From: Nitrospirota bacterium
GTDB taxonomy: Bacteria > Nitrospirota > UBA9217
Reading direction: 5' to 3'
Assembly (NCBI GenBank): GCA_963754875.1
Contig: CAVWHO010000001.1
Coordinates: 14,879-78,878, forward strand
Length of the DNA: 64,000 bases
In this document: positions 1 to 10,679 of the stretch, in pieces
Layout: each line of letters opens with the position of its first letter
Position numbering within the stretch: position 1 is the first letter of the stretch
The notes under the pieces: generated by a model
What the model saw: only the letters and a program-made list of their open reading frames with translations
Database searches by the model: none
Told to the model about the DNA's origin: nothing
Program-made: the position numbers and the translations under genes

Positions 1-56
1 GCCGCGGCGACAAGGACGTGATGCAGGTGGCGAAGATCAAGGGAGTGGAGCTGTAA
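1..56 (+). CDS. trpB: tryptophan synthase beta chain, C-terminal end (partial, enters from left edge)
   Basis: Frame 3 reads RGDKDVMQVAKIKGVEL-stop. GRGDKD is the conserved TrpB C-terminal motif, and trpA lies directly downstream. Confidence 0.6.
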   Translation, partial: RGDKDVMQVAKIKGVEL

Positions 57-153
57 GTAGTGCCGAATGCACCCTGTACTCGCGCCTTGCACTCGTGAGC
101 GCGGGTGTAAACGGATTTCGGAACGGGAAACTGATCCGGTCATCAGAGGATAT

Positions 154-966
154 ATGTCGAGAATAAAAAATACTTTCAATCGGCTGAAAAAAAAAGGCGA
201 GACCGCCCTCATCCCCTACGTCATGGCAGGAGATCCTGACCTTGCCACGACGAAAACGCTCATCCTCGAGATGGAAAAGGCAGGCTGTGATATCATCGAG
301 CTCGGCGCGCCGTTTTCCGATCCTCTGGCTGACGGGCCGACGATCCAGAAAGCGGCGATACGGTCGCTTAAGCATCATACGAGCGTTGCCGACGTGCTCG
401 GACTCGTTGCCGACGTTCGCACGAGCAGCAAGATCCCGCTCATTCTGATGACCTACTACAACCTGATCTTTCATTACGGCGAAGAGCGTTTTGTCCGCGA
501 CGCTGTGGCCTCCGGACTGGATGGCATCATTCTGCCGGACCTTCCCCCTGAAGAGGCCGGCCTCCTGATGCCGCTTGCAAAGAAAGCGGGGCTGGACACG
601 ATATTCCTGCTGGCGCCGACGAGCACCGGGGACCGGATCAAGCTCGTGTGCAAGGTCAGCCAGGGGTTTGTCTATTACGTGTCGCTCACCGGCGTGACCG
701 GCGCACGGGCCGGGGTCCAGAGTTCGATCGAAGCATCGCTCAAAAAGATCAAGGCCGCCACGGACAAGCCCGTTGCCGTGGGCTTCGGCATCTCGACCCC
801 CGACCAGGCGGCTCAGATCGCCCACTGGGGCGCGGACGGGATCATCGTTGGAAGCGCGCTCGTCAAAGTGATCGAAGAGCATTCAGGTACGCCCGAACTG
901 GTGCCGCGCGCAGTGAATTTTGCGCGGGCACTGAAACAGGGAGTGCTTGCAGGACATGGCAACTAA
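154..966 (+). CDS. trpA: tryptophan synthase alpha chain
   Basis: ORF 67-966. MSRIKNTF start at ATG 154. TrpA hallmarks are present: IPYVMAGDP, ELGAPFSDPLADGPTIQ, YYVSLTGVTG, GFGIS. Confidence 0.95.
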   Translation: MSRIKNTFNRLKKKGETALIPYVMAGDPDLATTKTLILEMEKAGCDIIELGAPFSDPLADGPTIQKAAIRSLKHHTSVADVLGLVADVRTSSKIPLILMTYYNLIFHYGEERFVRDAVASGLDGIILPDLPPEEAGLLMPLAKKAGLDTIFLLAPTSTGDRIKLVCKVSQGFVYYVSLTGVTGARAGVQSSIEASLKKIKAATDKPVAVGFGISTPDQAAQIAHWGADGIIVGSALVKVIEEHSGTPELVPRAVNFARALKQGVLAGHGN

Positions 967-1191
967 AAAAGGGAAGACAAGCACCGCGGACTGAAGGGTG
1001 AAGATATTCCCATCGACCCTATTGGTCCAGGCAACCGGTGAAGAAACGGCATCTTTTGTAAGGATGCAGAGGTCGCAACGTCGAATTTACACGGGGATCC
1101 CGGATCTGCTAAGGTTTTTTGCGTCTCTGCGAGAACGGCTCCTTGCATTTCGACAAGAACTGAATTTACAGTCACTGAAGAGGGGGCATGC

Positions 1192-1836
1192 ATGAGCGAC
1201 ATTCAGGCGCAGCTTTTTTCACGATTCGGTAGAAAATTTCCTGCGAATACGGTACTTTTCCACGAAGGTGATGTCGGGGAAAACATGTATATCATCCAGT
1301 CCGGGCGAGTCAAGATCAGCAAACGGATCCGCGGCGTGGAAAAGACCCTCGCCACCCTCGAAAAGGGGGAGTTCCTCGGCGAGATGGCCATCTTGAATGA
1401 CAAGCCGCGCTCGGCCTCGGCAGAAACGCTCGATGAATGCGAAATGCTGGTCATCGACCGCAAAACATTCGACGCTCTGATCCGCGGAAATGTAGAGATC
1501 GCCGTAAGGTTCATTAAACGCCTGGCTGACCGGCTGCGTGAAACCAACGATCAGATGGAAGCCTTGATGATCAAGGACAATACCAGCCGTCTCGTGAGCA
1601 TTCTTGCCAAACACGTGCGGGAACAGAAAAAAGCCGGTGAGTTCAGCATGACCATTGAAGACCTGGCGGGCCTCGCCGGCATAGAAGCGGCACAGGCACG
1701 GTCGATCCTGGAGAAGCTTGCAAGCGTCCGGATCATCGAAGTCGTCGGTGAGAAGATACACATCAGGGACCAGGACCAGGTCGACCGGCTGCTGCGCTAT
1801 CTGGAAATGCGGGAAATATTCGGCGAAATGGTGTGA
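1192..1836 (+). CDS. Crp/Fnr-family cyclic-nucleotide-binding regulator
   Basis: The N-terminal cNMP-binding fold (FHEGDVGENMYIIQSGRVKI, GEFLGEMAIL, PRSASAET) is followed by a C-terminal winged-helix-like segment. A GGGGG-rich RBS lies upstream. Confidence 0.85.
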   Translation: MSDIQAQLFSRFGRKFPANTVLFHEGDVGENMYIIQSGRVKISKRIRGVEKTLATLEKGEFLGEMAILNDKPRSASAETLDECEMLVIDRKTFDALIRGNVEIAVRFIKRLADRLRETNDQMEALMIKDNTSRLVSILAKHVREQKKAGEFSMTIEDLAGLAGIEAAQARSILEKLASVRIIEVVGEKIHIRDQDQVDRLLRYLEMREIFGEMV

Positions 1837-1894
1837 AAAACAGGGGAGAGCAGGCGGCATGCAGGCCGGACCTTTCTCCTGAATCGATGGAGTT

Positions 1895-3793
1895 ATGATG
1901 AGGCAAAAAGCCGGTAAAGGCGCGGGTATCATCATAGCACTGATTGTGGCCGCAGTATTGTCGATGTTCTACCTGAGCAATGCGCGGCTCTTTAACGTGC
2001 TGGAAGAGAAGGCCCTCGATATGCGGTTCACGATGCGGGGGAAGATCGCCCCGGGCCCCGAGACCGTCATCGCGGCGATCGACGAGAAGAGTATCAACAA
2101 ACTCGGGCGCTTTCCCTGGCCCCGGTCCGTGTGGGCCCGCGTGGTAGACCGTTTAACGGAAGACGGAGCCAAGGTCATCGTGTTCGACGTATTCTTTACG
2201 GAGGCCGAGAATGCGAAGTCCGATGACCTGCTGCAGCAGGCCATCCGGAGAAGCGGTCGGGTAATCCTTCCCGTGGTATTTGATTTCACGAAAGCCGGCT
2301 TCAAGGAAACGGGTTTCACCGACAAAAAACTGGACTTCATGACCTTCTCTTCCTACGCTGTTCTTAAACATGCCGATGAACCGTTTTCACCATTGAAAGC
2401 GGAAATCGTGCTGCCGCCGCTTTACCGGTTTTCTTCGGTCGCGGAATCACTCGCGCATATCAATATGGTCTCGGACGACGACGGTACGCTCCGTTGGGAG
2501 ATGCTCGCCATCGCATACCAGGGGGACTACTATGCACCCATCGGTCTGCAGGCTGCTCGGCTCTACCGGGGGTTGAAAAGCGAGGACCTCGCACTCGATT
2601 ACCAGGGAGGGGTCAGCTTCGGCGATACGTCCATCCCGACCGATGAGCATGGACGAATGCTTATCAATTACCGCGGCCCGACCGGGACGTTCCCCACATA
2701 TTCAATTGCCGATATTTACGACCGGGCAATGCCCGCAGGAACGTTCAAAGACAAGATCGTCCTGATCGGCGCAACAGCCATGGGTATCTTCGACCTTCGC
2801 GTCACGCCGTTCTCGAACAACATGCCGGGGATCGAAAAGCACGCCAGCGTGGTAGATAATATCCTGCACCGGGACTTCCTCTACCATACAGAATTCAGCG
2901 TTCCCGTGCTTATCGTCCTGTTTGCGATGGTGCTTGGTTTTGCGATCCCCCGGCTCGGTGCAAAAGCGGGAGCGTCTCTTTTCCTTGTCCTGTTCGCCGG
3001 CTACCTGGGATTTGTCTATTACCTGTTCGTAGCCAAGGGAATCTGGTTCAACCTGGTTTACCCGGCCTCGGCCCTGTTCTTCGGCTACACGAGCCAGACC
3101 GCGTACCGGTTCTTCATGGAAGAACGGCGGGCGCGGGACATCCGCAAAATGTTCTCGAGCTATGTGTCAAAGCGGATCGTGGACGAACTCATCAGGGACC
3201 CGAGCAAGACAAAGCTCGGTGGAGACCGTAAGGAGATCACGGTGCTCTTTTCCGATATCCGGGGGTTTACCTCCTTTTCCGAGAAGCACGAGCCCGAGGA
3301 AGTGGTTTCGCTCTTGAACGAATACCTGGGCGCAATGACGGAGATCGTGTTCGAGTACGAAGGGACGCTGGATAAGTTCGTGGGAGACGCCATCATGGCC
3401 CTCTGGGGAGCGCCCATAGGCCAGCCGGACCATGCGGAACGCGCAGTCCGGTGCGCCGTGGCCATGATCGCCAAGCTTAAACAACTGCAGGCGAAGTGGG
3501 CCTCCGAAGGAAGGTATGTCATCGATATCGGGGTCGGGATCAATACGGGCGACATGGTGGTCGGCAACATGGGGGCCGAGGGCAAAAAGATGGACTACAC
3601 TGTGATCGGTGACAACGTGAACCTCGGCGCACGCTTAGAAGGCTTGACAAGAAAGTACAATAATCATATCATCATATCGGAATATACCTATGAAAAGGTC
3701 AAGGACATCGTTGAGGCCAAGGAACTCGATTCCGTGACCGTTAAGGGAAAAGAAAATCCCGTGGTGGTGTATGACCTCATCGGGGTGAAGTAG
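1895..3793 (+). CDS. CHASE2-domain membrane adenylate/guanylate cyclase (class III)
   Basis: 632 aa with an N-terminal TM helix, a periplasmic CHASE2-like region, 3-4 TM helices and a class III cyclase core (ITVLFSDIRGFTSFSE, KFVGDAIMALWGAP, GINTGDMVVGNMG). Confidence 0.9.
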   Translation: MMRQKAGKGAGIIIALIVAAVLSMFYLSNARLFNVLEEKALDMRFTMRGKIAPGPETVIAAIDEKSINKLGRFPWPRSVWARVVDRLTEDGAKVIVFDVFFTEAENAKSDDLLQQAIRRSGRVILPVVFDFTKAGFKETGFTDKKLDFMTFSSYAVLKHADEPFSPLKAEIVLPPLYRFSSVAESLAHINMVSDDDGTLRWEMLAIAYQGDYYAPIGLQAARLYRGLKSEDLALDYQGGVSFGDTSIPTDEHGRMLINYRGPTGTFPTYSIADIYDRAMPAGTFKDKIVLIGATAMGIFDLRVTPFSNNMPGIEKHASVVDNILHRDFLYHTEFSVPVLIVLFAMVLGFAIPRLGAKAGASLFLVLFAGYLGFVYYLFVAKGIWFNLVYPASALFFGYTSQTAYRFFMEERRARDIRKMFSSYVSKRIVDELIRDPSKTKLGGDRKEITVLFSDIRGFTSFSEKHEPEEVVSLLNEYLGAMTEIVFEYEGTLDKFVGDAIMALWGAPIGQPDHAERAVRCAVAMIAKLKQLQAKWASEGRYVIDIGVGINTGDMVVGNMGAEGKKMDYTVIGDNVNLGARLEGLTRKYNNHIIISEYTYEKVKDIVEAKELDSVTVKGKENPVVVYDLIGVK

Positions 3794-3842
3794 CAATCAG
3801 GCGGAGAGGATCAACTACCGCATAATTCGCAGAGGAGGGTGA

Positions 3843-4610
3843 ATGAAGGTAAAAATTCTGGGTTGCTCCGGTTCCGAGACGATCGGCCACATGCCCCCCG
3901 GTTTCCTGGTCAACGATGTAATGATGCTGGACGCCGGCACGATAACTGCCGCGCTCAGCATCGAAGCGCAGAGCAGGATCACCGATATCCTCATCAGCCA
4001 CACGCATCTCGACCACATCAAGTCAGTCATGTTCCTGGCGGACAATATTATCGGCCGCATCAGGAAACCGGTAAATATCCATGCCATCCCGAAGGTCCTC
4101 GACGCAATCCGGAAACACCTGATGAACGATATCATCTGGCCCGATTTCACCAGGATCCCGACTGCGAAGAATCCCGTGCTTGCCTACGCGCCGATGCCGC
4201 TCGGCAAGACGGTGAGCATCGCCGGATTGAAAGTCAAGGCAATTCCCATGAACCACCCTGTCCCAGCGGTCGGGTTCCTCGTAAGTGACGGGAAGTCGTC
4301 ATTTCTCTACAGCGCGGACACGGGGCCGAACGAAGGGCTCTGGAAGGAAGCGGTGAAGGCCAAAAACCTTTCGGCGATCATCGTTGATACGTCTTTCCCG
4401 AACAACCTTGACGGCATCGCCACCCTGAGCGGTCACTTCACGCCTGCCCAACTTCATCAGGACCTTACCAGGGCAAAGATCGGCGTTGACGTACCGGTCT
4501 ATATCTACCATGTAAAACCGGTCCATAAAAAGAAGGTCATCAGCGAATTGAAGGGATTAGGAAGAAAAAACGTGAAGATCCTGATGGAAGGGAAGACGTA
4601 TAATTTCTGA
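3843..4610 (+). CDS. class II 3',5'-cyclic-nucleotide phosphodiesterase-like MBL-fold hydrolase
   Basis: 255 aa. MKVKILGCSGS, then ISHTHLDHIKSV, which closely matches the class II cAMP phosphodiesterase HxHLDH signature. Confidence 0.75.
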   Translation: MKVKILGCSGSETIGHMPPGFLVNDVMMLDAGTITAALSIEAQSRITDILISHTHLDHIKSVMFLADNIIGRIRKPVNIHAIPKVLDAIRKHLMNDIIWPDFTRIPTAKNPVLAYAPMPLGKTVSIAGLKVKAIPMNHPVPAVGFLVSDGKSSFLYSADTGPNEGLWKEAVKAKNLSAIIVDTSFPNNLDGIATLSGHFTPAQLHQDLTRAKIGVDVPVYIYHVKPVHKKKVISELKGLGRKNVKILMEGKTYNF

Positions 4611-4651
4611 CCAAGTTCAGTGTGCGGAAGAGTTACACTTGAAGGAGTATT

Positions 4652-5494
4652 ATGGTTTGGTTCAAAAAAGAACGACCCGAGAGCGCTGCACCGGAGCCCC
4701 CTGCAAAAAAAGTGAAGATCCCCGAGGGGCTCTGGGTAAAATGCGATAACTGCAAAGAGATCATTTACCGCAAAGAAGTCGAGAAGAACTTCAAGGTCTG
4801 TCCCAAATGCGACTATCATTTCCGCATCTCAGCGTCGGAGCGGCTGCCCTATCTTGTTGATGAAGGAAGCTTCCTCGAAGTGGAGGACGGCCTTTCCCCC
4901 CGGGATTTTCTGTCCTTTAAGGACTACAGGGACAAACTCAAGAGCAGCCGCAAGAAGACGGGGCTCAAGGACGCAGTCATCTCCGGCGAAGCAAAGATCG
5001 GCGGCAAGCAAGTTTCGATCGTGATCATGGATTTCAACTTCATGGGCGGCAGCATGGGCTCCGTGGTTGGCGAGAAGATCGCCCGCGCCGTGGAACGGGC
5101 CATTGAAAATCACACACCCTTTGTTTCGGTCGCGTCATCGGGCGGCGCCCGCATGCAAGAGGGCATCCTCTCGCTCATGCAAATGGCAAAGACATCGGCC
5201 GCCGTGGCCCGTCTCGGCCAGGCCGGGCTTCCCTTCATCTCGGTATTAACGGACCCGACCTTCGGCGGCGTTACTGCGAGCTTCGCCATGCTCGGCGACA
5301 TCATTGTTGCAGAGCCCAAGAGCCTTATCGGGTTTGCCGGGCCGCGCGTCATCGAGCAGACGATCAAACAGCAGCTGCCCGCGGGCTTCCAACGAGCAGA
5401 GTTCCAGCTCGAGCACGGCATGATCGATATGATCATCCCGCGCAAGGAGATGCGCGCGACGCTCGGCAAGGTCCTTGAATTCTTTGCCGCCTAG
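4652..5494 (+). CDS. accD: acetyl-CoA carboxylase carboxyltransferase beta subunit
   Basis: N-terminal Zn ribbon CDNCKEIIY...CPKCDYH and a carboxyltransferase core (MDFNFMGGSMGSVVGEK, SGGARMQEG). Confidence 0.95.
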   Translation: MVWFKKERPESAAPEPPAKKVKIPEGLWVKCDNCKEIIYRKEVEKNFKVCPKCDYHFRISASERLPYLVDEGSFLEVEDGLSPRDFLSFKDYRDKLKSSRKKTGLKDAVISGEAKIGGKQVSIVIMDFNFMGGSMGSVVGEKIARAVERAIENHTPFVSVASSGGARMQEGILSLMQMAKTSAAVARLGQAGLPFISVLTDPTFGGVTASFAMLGDIIVAEPKSLIGFAGPRVIEQTIKQQLPAGFQRAEFQLEHGMIDMIIPRKEMRATLGKVLEFFAA

Positions 5495-5500
5495 CTTACC

Positions 5501-5719
5501 ATGAATCAAATGGCAAAAATGCTGATTCTCCTCGGCGCGGTTCTGATCGTCATAGGCCTTGTTTTGCTCCTGCTCCAGAAAACCCCGTTCCTGGGCAAGC
5601 TTCCCGGGGACATCCTGATCAGGCGGGAAAATGTTACGTTCTATTTTCCGCTGGCCACAAGCATCGTCATCAGTATTATCGTCAGCCTTATCCTCTACCT
5701 CATCGGGAAGTTCAGATAG
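5501..5719 (+). CDS. DUF2905-family small membrane protein
   Basis: 72 aa, two TM helices. The LPGDILIRRENVTFYFPLATSIVIS motif is typical of DUF2905. Confidence 0.7.
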   Translation: MNQMAKMLILLGAVLIVIGLVLLLLQKTPFLGKLPGDILIRRENVTFYFPLATSIVISIIVSLILYLIGKFR

Positions 5720-5765
5720 GAGTTGCGCCTGCCGGGAACTTGCTGCAAGCCGGGCGGCTCATTGT

Positions 5766-7137
5766 ATGAATGACGACGCAGTAAAACGCCCGGCCCTCCT
5801 TATTGCCGTTCTTGCCTCATTCCTTACGCCGTTCATGGTCTCATCGATCAACATCGCGTTGCCTGCAATCGGACGGGATTTTCACATGAGCGCGATCGCC
5901 ATGAGCTGGGTCCCGACGTCCTACCTCCTGTCAGCGGCCATGTTCTTGGTCCCCTTCGGCAGAATCGCCGACATATACGGCAGGAAAAGAATTTTTTCCT
6001 ACGGCATCAGGATTTACACGCTGGCGGCACTGCTCCTGGCACTCTCTCCCTCGGCCACGTTCCTCCTTGTTTTTCGCATGACTCGAGGGCTTCGGCGGGG
6101 CCATGATCTTCGGCACGGGCATCGCGATCGTGACGTCAGTGTTCCCGCCGGGCGAGCGCGGAAGGGTGCTCGGGATCAACGTTGCCGCCATCTATCTCGG
6201 GCTATCGCTCGGCCCTGTCCTCGGCGGGTTCCTTACCCAGCAGCTTGGATGGAGGAGCATCTTTTTGACGAATATTCCTGTGGGGCTGCTCGTGATTTTT
6301 CTGCTCGCGACCAAACTGAAGGGAGAGTGGGCCGGCTCGCAGGGTGAGAAGTTCGACCGGGCAGGCGCCGTAGTCTACGGCGGTGCGCTCGCGGCTTTCA
6401 TGTATGGACTCTCTCGCCTGCCGGAACATTCCGGCATCGGGCTCGTTCTCGCCGGGATCATGGGCATGGCTTTTTTCGTTCGCCGGGAGATGAAAGTCGA
6501 AAGTCCTCTCCTGAACATGAGTCTTTTCGCCGGCAATGCGGCATTCGCCTTTTCCAACCTGGCTGCCTTGATCAACTACAGTGCAACCTTTGCCGTTACG
6601 TTCCTGATGAGCCTGTACCTGCAGTACGTCAAGGGCTTCACACCCCAGCACGCCGGTTTTATCCTCGTTTTCCAGCCGGTCATCATGGCCCTTTTTTCCC
6701 CTTTTGCCGGCCGTCTGTCTGATAAAATAGAGCCGCGGGTCGTGGCTTCGGTCGGCATGGGCTTTACAGCAGCCGGCCTTTTCCTGTTCACGCTCATCGG
6801 GCGCGAGACCCACCTAGGGTTCATCATAGTGGGATTGATGCTGCTCGGCTTCGGCTTTGCCCTCTTCTCTTCGCCGAACACGAACGCCGTTATGAGCTCC
6901 ATTGACAAGCGGTTCTACGGCGTGGGGTCCGCAATCCTCGGCACCATGCGGCTCACCGGCCAGATGCTCTCCATGGGAATCGCCATGGTCATTTTTGCGC
7001 TCCATATAGGCAGCGCCCGCATCACGCCCGAAAACTATGCAGTCTTTCTGACCAGCATGAAAACGGCATTTGTCATTTTTGCTTCCCTCTGTTGTGCCGG
7101 CATTTTTGCGTCCCTGGCGAGGGGAAAGGTGAGGTGA
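5766..7137 (+). pseudogene. MFS transporter (drug:H+ antiporter-like) with one +1 frame break near 6081
   Basis: The N-terminal part (MNDDAVKRPALLIAVLASFLTPFMVSSINIALPAIG...) is in frame 0 and the remainder (ORF 6103-7137) in frame 1. Removing a6081 restores FRMLEGFGGAMIFGTG, the expected MFS motif. Confidence 0.8.
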
Positions 7138-7140
7138 TCT

Positions 7141-7332
7141 GTGGACAGACGAAAATTCCTGAAGCTTGCGGCACTGACCGGCTCAGGACTGGGACTGCCC
7201 GACGGATGGGATAAGCTTGCCGGGGCAGCAGAGCCGCCAACACGTCCCGATCTGGTTGTTGCGCATGGACCATCACCGGAAAGGATCGTGCATGCCGCCC
7301 TCAAGGGGAAGGTCTTTCTTAAAAGAAGCTAA
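7141..7332 (+). pseudogene. N-terminal remnant of a Tat-signal DUF362-like protein
   Basis: GTG start and twin-arginine signal DRRKFLKLAAL. PDLVVAHGPSPERIVHAALKG resembles DUF362 N-termini, but the ORF stops after 63 aa and nothing continues it in any frame. Confidence 0.4.
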
Positions 7333-7554
7333 ACCTGCACAAGTTGAAATCCGAGGGGTCTCAGGGGCGAGGGTGTTGAGAAATCGCTTGCTGTATTATA
7401 ATTCAAGATTTTCATTGCGCCTCTGCGATGAAAGATTTTGAAACTGCAACAGAGGAGTCGGGGGAAGAGGTGACGGGAGCAAAGTTGGGTATATCCCCCA
7501 TACCCGCGTTGCCACTCGTAAACATCGGGGCAGACGGGAGATCTCATTATTAGA

Positions 7555-7589
7555 GGGAGCCTCCGTCCCTTGCCGGAAGGGGCTCCACT
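7555..7589. repeat. GC-rich palindromic extragenic element, copy A (copy B at 61602-61636)
   Basis: gggagcctccgtcccttgccggaaggggctccact is about 90% identical to 61602-61636. The flanks also match (attattaga versus gttattcag). Confidence 0.6.
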
Positions 7590-7626
7590 GCCTGGCAGAC
7601 CTGGCCGGATGCGTGATCATGATCCT

Positions 7627-10275
7627 CTACCGGTCCAGCACCTCCCGTATTTTTTTCAGCAGATCGACCGGGGAAAAGGGTTTGAGGATGAGTTCCGCTT
7701 CGCGGTCCGGCACGCCGTCCTTCGTAAAGATATCCTCCGCGTAGCCGCTCATGAAAATGCACTTGACGTCAGCACTCATGGCCTTGATCTGCCGGGACGC
7801 TTCTCTCCCGTTCATCCTCGGCATGATGCCGTCCAGGATCACAAGGTGAATATTTTCTCTGTTCTCCTTGAATTTGGCAACAGCATCCGCTCCGTCGACC
7901 GCCTCGATGACGGTGTAGCCAAAATGACTGAGCGCCACCACGCTCATCTGTCTCAGAGCCTCATCGTCCTCGGCCACCAGGATGGTCTCTGCTCCGCCCT
8001 CAGGCGCGATCGGCGTTTCTTTCTTTTTACGATCAGCATGCTTGGGTTCTCGCGTTAGGGGGAGGTAGATTTTGAAGGTCGCCCCCTTTTTCAATTCACT
8101 GCTTACGTTGATGAAGCCCTCATGCTGTTTGACGATCCCATATACCATCGACAGACCGAGCCCGGTGCCTTTTCCCTGTTCTTTCGTGGTAAAGAACGGC
8201 TCAAATACCCGTGTTGCCGTCTTCTCATCCATGCCGGTGCCCGTATCGGACACTGCGACGAACGCGTATTCGCCTTCTTTGCCGTAACCGTGCGCTTCTA
8301 TGAAGTCCCTCTTCAAATTGACCTGTCTCGTGTCGATGACCAGCTTCCCGCCGTTTGGCATGGCGTCCCGGGCGTTGGTGACGAGGTTCATGATCATCTG
8401 CTCGATCTGTGCCTTGTCCGCCATGACCCAAAGGGGACCTTCGCTACAATTGATTTTCAGCGTGATATCCTCGCGGATCAGCCGGTGGAGAAATTTCTCG
8501 AACCTCTTGATCACCTCATTCAGATTGATCACGGCAAGGTTGACCACCTGCTTTCTGCTGAAGGCAAGGAGGCTCTGCGTGAGGACCGCAGCCCTCTCGG
8601 AGGATTCCAGGATTTGTTCGATATTGTGCCGAAGCGGGTCGTCTTCGTCCATCTTCATCAACGTGATGTGGGAATAGCCGACGATCGCCGAAAGGATATT
8701 GTTGAAGTCGTGTGCAACGCCGCCGGCCAGCAGGCCGATCGCTTCCATCTTCTGTGCCTGGCGGAACTGCTCCTCGAGTTTCTTGCGCTCCGAGATATTG
8801 ATGCCCACGCCGATGATATACCGCTTATCGCCGATCAGCATACGGTATCCCGTCAGATAGAACGGAACGGGCATGCCGCTTTTTGTTATCAGCGATATTT
8901 CCATAACAGTCTGTCCGGTCTCGATAACCTCCTGCATTTTGCCGGCCATCAGTTTGCGATCGGTCCAGAACAGCCGGTATACGTCCATCTGCGAGAGCTC
9001 TTGTTGGGAATAGCCGGTCACCTCTTTTTCATTGCTGTTCCAGCGGATGAGACGTCCCTCTTCGTCGCATATATAAAAAATGCCAGGGAGACTATCGATG
9101 ATCGTTTCGGAGAAGCTTTTTTCCTGCGCCAGTTGTTCGTAGGCTCGTTTGAGAGCCGAGGACCGCTCCTCGACGCGCAATTCCAGCTCATCGCGCGCCT
9201 TGACGAGTTCCGCTTCAGCCTGTTTGATGTGCGTGATGTCCCGGACGATGAGCACGTGCGCGAGGGACTGGCGGTCCTCGCCCTTCATGATGGATACGGA
9301 AAGATCAAGAATGCGTTTGTCTCCGCCCGGCTGATGGCTGGTAAGCTCTTGGTGAAGAATTGGCCCGCTCGTTTCAGATTCGGCAATGTGACCGGCAAAC
9401 GCCGTATCGTCGATGATCGCGGTAATGTGCCTCCCCAGGAAGTCCTTCTCGGCATATCCAAACAACTGCGTCGCCGCTTTGTTTACCAGGCGGATGACGC
9501 CGTCCGCGTCGAGCACGACCAGCGCGTCATTCATCGTGTCGAGGACCTTCTGCGCGGCAAATTGCGGGGTGATATCCACGAGGCGATACCGCCAGATGGT
9601 GAACGCCATGAGAGCGATCGAGGTAAGTACCGGGAAAAAGCCAAATGGATAGACGGGAATGTTCAAATCGGACAGATAATCGACGAATCCTCCGGAAGAT
9701 ATCCCGAAGGCAATCAACAGCAATCGAGTTCTTTTTCGGCGGGTGCTACCCAGTTCCGCCGCCTGATAGTCCCGGTAGTATCGAAGTACGCTCATCCCGA
9801 GAAAGCCGAGGAAAAACGCCAGGTAGGCGATGCTGAGAAGGGTAAATCGGGGACGGTACCCCCACGCGAAATGACGGACGCCGTTGATCAATAGGTCGGT
9901 GCTTACGAACAAAACGACGAAAAGGGCGGACAGAAACCAGCCTGCCCAGACACATCGCTTGTGCCGGGGATAGGACTTTAAGAACTGTACGGTAAAGTGG
10001 TAAAGGGCAGCGGGCATGAGTGGAACGCCGACATAAATTGCCCGCGCCCACCACAGGGCGGCCTGCTCATCGACGGAGCATCGGAGAAAGAACGCAGAGG
10101 TGAACCATATGACGACCGTAGACCCGAGGACGAACAGGGTTCTTCCCAGAGCGCGGTCTTCCCGCAGTGCGCCTGCAGAGGAAATAATGAAACAGGCGAC
10201 TGCCGTGGCTAGCAGGGGAACGGCGCCGGGAGAAGGCTGGTAGCTTGATGTACTGACGATCTGCTCTATCATCAC
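7627..10275 (-). CDS. hybrid sensor histidine kinase (7TM sensor, PAS x2-3, HisKA, HATPase, C-terminal receiver)
   Basis: 882 aa with a multi-TM N-terminus, PAS regions, H-box AHDFNNILSAIVGYS, G-boxes DTGTGMD and GTGLGLSMV, and receiver ILVAEDDE...ILDGIMPRMNG. Confidence 0.9.
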   Translation of the reverse strand: MMIEQIVSTSSYQPSPGAVPLLATAVACFIISSAGALREDRALGRTLFVLGSTVVIWFTSAFFLRCSVDEQAALWWARAIYVGVPLMPAALYHFTVQFLKSYPRHKRCVWAGWFLSALFVVLFVSTDLLINGVRHFAWGYRPRFTLLSIAYLAFFLGFLGMSVLRYYRDYQAAELGSTRRKRTRLLLIAFGISSGGFVDYLSDLNIPVYPFGFFPVLTSIALMAFTIWRYRLVDITPQFAAQKVLDTMNDALVVLDADGVIRLVNKAATQLFGYAEKDFLGRHITAIIDDTAFAGHIAESETSGPILHQELTSHQPGGDKRILDLSVSIMKGEDRQSLAHVLIVRDITHIKQAEAELVKARDELELRVEERSSALKRAYEQLAQEKSFSETIIDSLPGIFYICDEEGRLIRWNSNEKEVTGYSQQELSQMDVYRLFWTDRKLMAGKMQEVIETGQTVMEISLITKSGMPVPFYLTGYRMLIGDKRYIIGVGINISERKKLEEQFRQAQKMEAIGLLAGGVAHDFNNILSAIVGYSHITLMKMDEDDPLRHNIEQILESSERAAVLTQSLLAFSRKQVVNLAVINLNEVIKRFEKFLHRLIREDITLKINCSEGPLWVMADKAQIEQMIMNLVTNARDAMPNGGKLVIDTRQVNLKRDFIEAHGYGKEGEYAFVAVSDTGTGMDEKTATRVFEPFFTTKEQGKGTGLGLSMVYGIVKQHEGFINVSSELKKGATFKIYLPLTREPKHADRKKKETPIAPEGGAETILVAEDDEALRQMSVVALSHFGYTVIEAVDGADAVAKFKENRENIHLVILDGIMPRMNGREASRQIKAMSADVKCIFMSGYAEDIFTKDGVPDREAELILKPFSPVDLLKKIREVLDR

Positions 10276-10457
10276 TCAGTTGAGGTCAGCTGCCACCGGC
10301 AACCGCTGACGGGTCAAATCACAGTGAACAATACTGGTATGTGGGCAAACGTTTGCTTCACACAATTGGTGGCATAACCATGTTATCAAGCGCACCCATA
10401 ACACACTAAAATGAGTGAGTCCGACAGATAGAATCATTAGTGACATGTTTTGACCAA

Positions 10458-10486
10458 ATTATATGTCTGATTCGTCAATATGTCAA
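10458..10486 (-). promoter_or_regulatory. sigma70 consensus promoter (TTGACA-N17-TATAAT) reading toward the kinase gene
   Basis: The minus strand reads ttgaca tattgacgaatcagaca tataat. It sits about 180 nt upstream of the start at 10275 in an AT-rich spacer. Confidence 0.45.
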
Positions 10487-10679
10487 CGATACCGAATAGA
10501 TATATCGTCGACAGATAATTTTTTAGGAATATATATCGCTAACGAATTCTAGCTGAAACTTAATGTGTTTCTAAGAAGGGAAACGCTAATAGGAAGAAGA
10601 TCTCACCGCATCCAAGCGCCTGACGAACAATTGATTCAATATCGCACGGAGAGACACTCAATACATAGCTTCGCTATGC

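Noticed and set aside
37-882. 281-aa minus-strand ORF
   Set aside because: It is antisense to the clearly recognisable trpA, Arg/Gly-rich, and has no motifs. It is a typical shadow ORF of GC-rich DNA.
8122-9894. 590-aa plus-strand ORF
   Set aside because: It is antisense to the hybrid histidine kinase, whose domains are unambiguous. It shows no motifs.
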